Positions 57,720-64,000 of a stretch of 64,000 nt of DNA are shown here, piece after piece (position 1 is the first letter of the stretch; every line of letters starts with the position of its first letter). A model generated the notes under the pieces. The model was not told the origin of the DNA and did not search any database. It saw only the letters and a list, made by a program, of their open reading frames with translations. The stretch spans positions 3,392,001-3,456,000 of the forward strand of contig OZ244207.1 in assembly GCA_965216875.1 (NCBI GenBank), read 5' to 3'. This stretch comes from Rubripirellula sp. (GTDB lineage: Bacteria > Planctomycetota > Planctomycetia > Pirellulales > Pirellulaceae). The position numbers were made by a program, and so were the translations under genes.

Positions 57720-60700
57720 ATGGGATTGCGACACGTCGCACAAACCGCTCGCGCACTAGCTTTTCTCGCCGCAGCGACCCTCGGCTTGTCATCGGCCATT
57801 GCCAGTGATGGCGCGAATGTCCGAATCGCCACTTACCAGACCCCATCGGGCGACGCTTACTTTGCGGCGTCGATTCAACCATCGGCGGATCAGTCGTTGA
57901 TGGATGCAGCTCGATCGGCGCCTGCAGACGTGGTGATCTTGGTCGATACATCGGCCAGCCAATTGGGTGACTATCGCGATGATTCGCTGAAAGCATTGCA
58001 GGCGGTTGCCGGCAAGCTGCGAACCAACGATCGCGTTCGCCTGTACGCATGCGATGTCCGCGCAGTTGATTTGAGTGGTGATTTTGAATCGGCCAACTCG
58101 AGCGTGACGACGGCGGCAATTGAAAAGCTCGGCAAACGTCTTCCACTTGGAAACACAAACTTTGTCTCCGTGATCGACGCGGTTCGCGCCAGCTTGGTCG
58201 CTCGACCAGCCGCTCACGCTCGCTCGATCGTTTACATCGGCGACGGAGCGTCGTTTGACGCCATCGCCAACGAAGCTCGCTTTGAAGCACTGGTAAGTGC
58301 ATTGCGAGCCGACCGCATCTCAACACACTTCATCGCCATCGGCCCAAGCACGAATGTTGAGTTGATGGGCATTCTTGCCAATCACACCGGCGGCGTCATG
58401 GGCATCGTTGGCGAAGCTGACGACAGTGCTCCGGCAATGATCGGCCAACACGTCGGCCGCTCGGCAACGACTTCGCCATTGTGGTTGAAGCACGCCTCAC
58501 TGCTTGAAGGCATGGCGACGTCGCAAGGCAACCGTCTTCCACCACTACGTTTGGAACGCGACTCCATTTTGATTGGCAACTTGGGCGACGTTCGCGAAGG
58601 CTCGATCGAACTGCAAGCAGAAACGGTCGGCAGCAAGGTCCAACTGACCGCCGACGTGGTTTGCGAAGACAGCCATCCTGATTTCTCCTTCCTGCCTGGC
58701 TTGGTTGCCCGAACAGCCGACAACGGCGGTTTGATGCTGGCCACCGCGGGCTCGCCTTTGCTTCGCGAGACAGCACGTTTGATGGCGGCTCAAGCCGACG
58801 AGCTGGTTCGTGCAAGCAACATGGCTTTGCAACGTGGAGATCGCCGCGGTGCAAAAGCGATCGCCGACAAAGCCCTCGAATCCGACCCAGACAACACCGA
58901 CGCCAAGTCGCTCAAGAAAGTCATCAACAACGGCACGCGTTTGATCATCCAAAACGCTGACGAGTCACCATTTGGCGACGTTTTCGGCGGCGGAGCCGAC
59001 GCGGCTGTCGTTGAAGAAGCAGCTCCTGCGGCGGCACCCGTTGCTCAAGCAGCTGCCGCACCTCTGAGCGTGCCTGGCGATGACGACCTGCTGGAAACTG
59101 GCAGCGGCATCCTCGATTCGGTCGCCGAGCAGATCTCGGTAAGTGAAGGACGCTTGCGAGCCGAAGTGAAAGCGAAGCTTCGTGGTGCAAGTCGTCAAAT
59201 GCGAGTCGACCCAACCGGTTTGGCTGGCAGCTTGAAGAGCCTGCTTTCGGTCGTCGAAAACACGCCGGATGTGAGCCCCAAACTACGTCATGAACTTGCG
59301 GGCGAAGTCCGCTCGGCAATCGAAGTTGCGAGCCGCCGCGAAGCGGAGTTCTTTGAAGGTCAAAAACGACTTGAACAACAAGCCAACGCTGCTGGCACAG
59401 CCGCACGATTGCTCGAAGAAACCCTGCGACGCGAAGCAACGCTCAAGACGCTTTCCGAGCAGATGAATGCGTTGATCGATGAAGGCCGCTACGAGCAAGC
59501 TGATGGTGAAGTTTCACTTCCCTTCGCTCGCTTGGCTGGTGACACGATCACTCGCGACTCGATTTCGGGACGTCACTTCACTGACATGCCATTGGCACTT
59601 CAGGTCTATGACCGTGACCGCCGTTATCGCGAAATGCGTGAACGCAACTTTGTGGACGCCTTCTCGCTCGTGCTCAAAAGCAACATCCCCTTCGTCGATG
59701 ATCCACCGGTCATGTACCCCGAAGCGGAAGCTTGGCAACGCATGAGCCGTCGTCGCTTGAAGCGATACGGTGCCATCGAATTGGTCGGCAGCAGCGATGC
59801 CGAAGAAAACATCAATGCAGCCCTGGACGACGAAACGACTCAAACGTTCGTGGAGTTGCCACTCGAAGACGCGATCAACGCGCTGAGCGAAGCCCACGAA
59901 ATTCCAATCGTGGTTGACCGTCGTGCGTTGGACGAAATTGGCTTGTCAGCCGATCAACCGGTGAACCTTTCGCTCAAGAACGTGAGCCTGCGTTCCTTCT
60001 TGCGACTGATGCTGCGTGAACTCGACTTGACGTACATGATCAAAGACGAAGTCATGATGATCACGACGATCGATGAAGCCGAGCAAAACCTCATCAACAA
60101 AGTCTACCCCGTTGGTGACCTTGTCGTTCCTATTGTCCAACTCGGCGGCGGCGGCGGCATGGGTGGCGGCATGGGCGGCGGCATGGGTGGCGGCATGGGC
60201 GGCGGCGGTATGGGCGGCGGCATGGGTGGCATGGGCGGCGGCATGGGCGGCGGCGGCATGATGGGCGGCGGCGGTGCATTCGCTGTCCCAGACCAAGTCT
60301 CACTCAAAAGCAAAGTCCAAAAGTCCAAAGAGACTGGCCCCATCCGCTTGAAAGTTGCCGACGATGTCTCGGTTGCTGACGCTTGGAATGCCTACTTTGC
60401 AGAACTCAAGATCGAAGGTGCCGAAGAACTCGGATTGCTCGATCAACGCATTCGTTCAACCGTCCGCGAACAGTCCATCAAGGCTGCTTCGGCTCAAGCG
60501 GCTGGAAACATCGATCAATCGGTCGCACACTTCGCTCAATCACGCGACATCATCGCCGCGGCGATCGGCGCTGGACATGCTCAACCTTGGATGTACCAGG
60601 CTTACGCGATCGCCTTGAAGGCCACCGATGCTCCGATGGAAGACATCGAGCGAGCATTGCTTTCGGCAGTCGATTTTTCGGAGTCGCTTGAAGAAGTCCT

Positions 60701-61820
60701 TCATGTGGCAGCCCGATTGGAAGACATTGGTGCTCACAAAGCCGCTCTGCAATTGTGCAAGAGCGTTTCGGAAGCTGACGAATACCGTCGCGAACCTTAC
60801 GTGATGGGACTTCGCATCGCCAAACACCTCAACGATGTCGACGGCCTGACTTGGGCTTGCCGCGGCGTGCTTTCACAAGCATGGCCACAGCAGTACGAAC
60901 CGGTCGCCAAAGATGCTCGCTTGGTCGCCCGTGCGACCTATGCGGAATTGGTCGAACAAGGCCGTAAAGAGGAAGCAGACGCTTTCAACAAAGCAGTCCA
61001 AACCGCAACCGCGCACGATGCAATCATCCGTGTCACGTGGACGGGTGAAGCCGACATCGACGTGGCTGTCGAAGAGCCATCGGGAACGGTTTGCTCGATT
61101 GAGAACATGTCCAGTGCCGGTGGTGGCACACTGCTTGGCGACGCATTCCCTGGTCACGGCACTGAAAAATCCGGTGCAACTTCGGAAACCTACATTTGCC
61201 CCAAAGGCTTCTCGGGCCAGTACCGTTTGCTGGTTCGTCGAATCTGGGGCAACGTCTCGACCGGAAATGTCACCGTCGAAGTGCTGACCGACGTCGGTCG
61301 TCCTTCGCAACGATTCATTCGGAAAGAGCTTCCGCTAACCGAGAAAGATGCTCTTGTCATCTTTGAAGTCAAAGACGGTAAGCGACACGAAGAAATCGCC
61401 GATGCTCAATTGGCTCACCTGCGAGATGTTCAACGCGACATCCAAAATGAAGTCCTCGGCCAATTCGCCGGCGACAATCGCGACAGTGGCCAAGTGTTAA
61501 CCGATCTGTTCCGTGATGTCCGCGCTCTCAATGCTGGCGGATTCGGCCCCAACGCGTTCCGTCGCGGTGGTGTTGGTTTCCGTCCTGAGATCACCACTCT
61601 ACCAGAGGGTGCGTCGATGGGAACGCTGGCCATCATCTCGGCTGATCGTCGCTATGTCCGAATCACGCCCGTTCCGTTCTTCTCGCAAATCGGCGAAGTG
61701 ACGACGTTCAACTTCGTCACGGGTGAAGAAGGAACCGGAACCGGTGGCGGCCAAGGAATCGGCGGTGGCGGACTCGGTGGCGGCGGCTTCGGTGGCGCTG
61801 GCGGCGGCATCGGCAACTGA
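57720..61820 (+). CDS. Large exported VWA-domain protein with secretin-like segments and Gly-Met linker
   Basis: GGAGA RBS and signal peptide; MIDAS DTSAS...IGDG; STN/N0-like segment, VYPVGDLV, (GGGM)n, RVTWTGEADIDVAVEEPSG, ISADRRYVRITPVPFFSQI. Confidence 0.85.
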   Translation: MGLRHVAQTARALAFLAAATLGLSSAIASDGANVRIATYQTPSGDAYFAASIQPSADQSLMDAARSAPADVVILVDTSASQLGDYRDDSLKALQAVAGKLRTNDRVRLYACDVRAVDLSGDFESANSSVTTAAIEKLGKRLPLGNTNFVSVIDAVRASLVARPAAHARSIVYIGDGASFDAIANEARFEALVSALRADRISTHFIAIGPSTNVELMGILANHTGGVMGIVGEADDSAPAMIGQHVGRSATTSPLWLKHASLLEGMATSQGNRLPPLRLERDSILIGNLGDVREGSIELQAETVGSKVQLTADVVCEDSHPDFSFLPGLVARTADNGGLMLATAGSPLLRETARLMAAQADELVRASNMALQRGDRRGAKAIADKALESDPDNTDAKSLKKVINNGTRLIIQNADESPFGDVFGGGADAAVVEEAAPAAAPVAQAAAAPLSVPGDDDLLETGSGILDSVAEQISVSEGRLRAEVKAKLRGASRQMRVDPTGLAGSLKSLLSVVENTPDVSPKLRHELAGEVRSAIEVASRREAEFFEGQKRLEQQANAAGTAARLLEETLRREATLKTLSEQMNALIDEGRYEQADGEVSLPFARLAGDTITRDSISGRHFTDMPLALQVYDRDRRYREMRERNFVDAFSLVLKSNIPFVDDPPVMYPEAEAWQRMSRRRLKRYGAIELVGSSDAEENINAALDDETTQTFVELPLEDAINALSEAHEIPIVVDRRALDEIGLSADQPVNLSLKNVSLRSFLRLMLRELDLTYMIKDEVMMITTIDEAEQNLINKVYPVGDLVVPIVQLGGGGGMGGGMGGGMGGGMGGGGMGGGMGGMGGGMGGGGMMGGGGAFAVPDQVSLKSKVQKSKETGPIRLKVADDVSVADAWNAYFAELKIEGAEELGLLDQRIRSTVREQSIKAASAQAAGNIDQSVAHFAQSRDIIAAAIGAGHAQPWMYQAYAIALKATDAPMEDIERALLSAVDFSESLEEVLHVAARLEDIGAHKAALQLCKSVSEADEYRREPYVMGLRIAKHLNDVDGLTWACRGVLSQAWPQQYEPVAKDARLVARATYAELVEQGRKEEADAFNKAVQTATAHDAIIRVTWTGEADIDVAVEEPSGTVCSIENMSSAGGGTLLGDAFPGHGTEKSGATSETYICPKGFSGQYRLLVRRIWGNVSTGNVTVEVLTDVGRPSQRFIRKELPLTEKDALVIFEVKDGKRHEEIADAQLAHLRDVQRDIQNEVLGQFAGDNRDSGQVLTDLFRDVRALNAGGFGPNAFRRGGVGFRPEITTLPEGASMGTLAIISADRRYVRITPVPFFSQIGEVTTFNFVTGEEGTGTGGGQGIGGGGLGGGGFGGAGGGIGN
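60144..60276 (+). repeat. Coding GGC/ATG low-complexity repeat (Gly-Met tract)
   Basis: (GGCGGCGGCATG)-like units encoding GGGGGMGGGMGGGM... Confidence 0.9.
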
Positions 61821-61964
61821 TCACTCTTTGCTAACCCGTCCAACCCGACTAAACAATCAGCGCGACCACATTCTGGCGTGCTGGCTGATTTCGGCGTCGG
61901 CCAAGGTTGAGCCGATCAGGCTGGTGCAGGATAATCCGGAGACACCTCGCTCCCTGGATGCATC

Positions 61965-64000
61965 ATGCCATCGAAATCATCACCTGGTGACCCACTCGAT
62001 CCCATTCTCCTTCAGCGGCTTCACAAGCGGCTGATGGAGTTGCGTCGAAGTGACCATACCGCCAGCGCCGATGAGGTTCTCGAAGAGCTGCATCCATCGA
62101 TTCGCAGCACTTACGAATCGCCCCTTCTTCAATTGCTTGGCGAAGCTCAGAACGCCGACGGCGAGGTCACCCTTGACCCCACCTTCGAAGAAACACGCCA
62201 GGAAGATTGGACGGTCGACTTACCCGCCGGATTCAACGCGCCTCCGGTCGACCTTCCACCGGCCAAGCGGGTCAAACCCAAACGCCCCAAGCCGCGTCCC
62301 GCCGAGGAAACGACTCAGAAACTCCCCGAGTACATCGGCAAGTTTCGCATCAAGGGTGAACTTGGTCGCGGCGCAAACGGCGTGGTCTACCTCGGATACG
62401 ACGAAGAGCTGCAGCGTAATGTTGCCATCAAGCTTTCGCTCGTCTCGGACGAAAGGTACCAACAACGCCTGCGCGTCGAAGCGTCGAAAGCAGCACAAAT
62501 CGATGCTGACGGAATCGTGCCAGTGCACCACATCGGAACGACCGATGAAGGTGCCGTCTACATCGTGCAAAAGTACATTGAGGGATCGACACTCCGCGAT
62601 GTCCTGAAAAACAACGGACCACTCTCTCCCGCACGCGGTGTGCGTTTGATTCGTGAAATCGCGATGGCCCTCGAGCCAGCCCATCTGCGAGACATCCTTC
62701 ATCGCGACCTGAAGCCTGACAACATCTTGATTGACCAGGCGGGCAAGGCCTGGATCAGTGACTTTGGCTTGGCGATTTCTGAAGAAGAACAGCAAGGTCG
62801 CCGATCGGAATTGGCTGGCACGCCGGCCTACATGTCGCCCGAACAAATCAAAGGGCGCATCGACTTCCTCGATCCGCGCAGCGATATCTGGGCCGTCGGC
62901 GTCATGTTTTACGAGGTCTTGACCGGCAAACTGCCGTTCAGCGGCAAAGACCGCAAAACGCTTGCCGATCAGATTTGTGAACGCGATCCGCGTCCGATGC
63001 AACAACGGGCGCCGCAACACTTGAGCGAAGAGATGAACGATGTCTTCGTGAAGTGCTGTGGCAAGAAACCTGCGGATCGATTCGCATCCACCTACGACCT
63101 CATCACTGCTTTGGATCAATTGATCGAACTTGGCCTGAGTGAACACAACATCGACGGCAAGTTGATCTCGGCATACGCCACCGACACCCTTTTCAAGTAC
63201 GCGACAACGACAGGGGTTGAACCGGTACCCCCGCGTCATACGCGAACGACGATGCGGACCGAACGCGTTTCCGCGACGCAGCATTCGACCACGCATCACA
63301 CGCCGACGATTCAAGAAAAAACATCTCGCCAAGCCATCTGGCTTGCAGCCGCTGCACTGGTTGGCGTGATCGGCTTGATCACCTTCCTTGTCGTGGGCTC
63401 TGGCGGCGGTGACCAAGATCCGGAATCAAGCCCCATCACGAACGTTCCGCCGGTCGAGCAACCGAATCAATTTCAGCCGCCACCACCGACAACGGATCCC
63501 AAGGGGACCGCCGACGGAAGCTCTGAACAACCATGGATCGTTGCCGAAAAAGATGGCACGCACACATCCATTCAAGCGGCGCTTTCCGAACCCGGCGAAG
63601 AGCATTTCATTCACGTGATCGGCGCGATGAACGAATCGGTCGAGATTACCGAATCGGTCACGATTCGTGGCATCAACGACGCCGAAGCGTCGGACGAGCA
63701 AGCGATGATTCGATCGCCCAACAAACGGGCGATCTTCATCAAGAGCGACGAAGGTGACCAGGTCACTCTCGAGAACCTCTACATCGATGGCGGCAATCCC
63801 GACAACAGCGAAATCAACACGATCGATTTGTTCGCAGGCAAACTAACGATTGACGGATGCCGCGTCGAATCGCGATCGCAAAACTGCATCAAGGTTCACG
63901 GAGGTGCGTTAACGGTCACGGGAAATCAGTGCAGCTTTCAGTCGCCGCCCGACAGCAACATCGATGCCATCGTGATCGATCGCGGCTCGCTTGCACTGAT
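61965..64000 (+). CDS. Ser/Thr protein kinase with TM segment and probable beta-helix C-terminal domain (partial, runs off right edge)
   Basis: Not in the ORF track; hand translation from ATG 61965: MPSKSSPGDP...ELGRGANGVVY, VAIK, HRDLKPDN, SDFG, GTPAYMSPE, TM IWLAAAALVGVIGLITFLVVG, then HTSIQAAL...VTIRG...VTLENLYIDG. Confidence 0.88.
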   Translation, partial: MPSKSSPGDPLDPILLQRLHKRLMELRRSDHTASADEVLEELHPSIRSTYESPLLQLLGEAQNADGEVTLDPTFEETRQEDWTVDLPAGFNAPPVDLPPAKRVKPKRPKPRPAEETTQKLPEYIGKFRIKGELGRGANGVVYLGYDEELQRNVAIKLSLVSDERYQQRLRVEASKAAQIDADGIVPVHHIGTTDEGAVYIVQKYIEGSTLRDVLKNNGPLSPARGVRLIREIAMALEPAHLRDILHRDLKPDNILIDQAGKAWISDFGLAISEEEQQGRRSELAGTPAYMSPEQIKGRIDFLDPRSDIWAVGVMFYEVLTGKLPFSGKDRKTLADQICERDPRPMQQRAPQHLSEEMNDVFVKCCGKKPADRFASTYDLITALDQLIELGLSEHNIDGKLISAYATDTLFKYATTTGVEPVPPRHTRTTMRTERVSATQHSTTHHTPTIQEKTSRQAIWLAAAALVGVIGLITFLVVGSGGGDQDPESSPITNVPPVEQPNQFQPPPPTTDPKGTADGSSEQPWIVAEKDGTHTSIQAALSEPGEEHFIHVIGAMNESVEITESVTIRGINDAEASDEQAMIRSPNKRAIFIKSDEGDQVTLENLYIDGGNPDNSEINTIDLFAGKLTIDGCRVESRSQNCIKVHGGALTVTGNQCSFQSPPDSNIDAIVIDRGSLAL

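Overview
Chromosomal window from a planctomycete, most likely Pirellulaceae (Rhodopirellula/Rubripirellula-like), judged from the DUF1592/DUF1552 and DUF1553/DUF1501 pairs, sulfatases, an ECF sigma-kinase pair and a LEPRxLL protein. About 42 CDS mix housekeeping genes (polX partial, purC, aceE/aceF, leuB, rsmE, deoC, purM, glgX, two clpP, a Mn/Zn ABC operon) with planctomycete-specific genes. I saw no prophage, transposase, CRISPR or defence island. The most unusual signals are non-coding. (1) A tRNA-Glu-like RNA at 50059-50131 has an intact tertiary core but a re-registered anticodon arm (8-nt or 6-nt loop, 3-nt variable region), followed by a structured trailer. (2) At least six palindromic REP/REPIN-like families stack and nest in 6 of the 7 convergent intergenic gaps and overlap some stop codons. 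(3) A sigma70-like promoter with a 7-1-7 Fur/Zur-type box precedes the metal ABC operon. Other points are a frameshifted tatD, three probable pseudo-enzymes and a large VWA/secretin-fragment chimera. Product calls come from motif recognition by eye, not database searches, and start codons were adjusted by eye.
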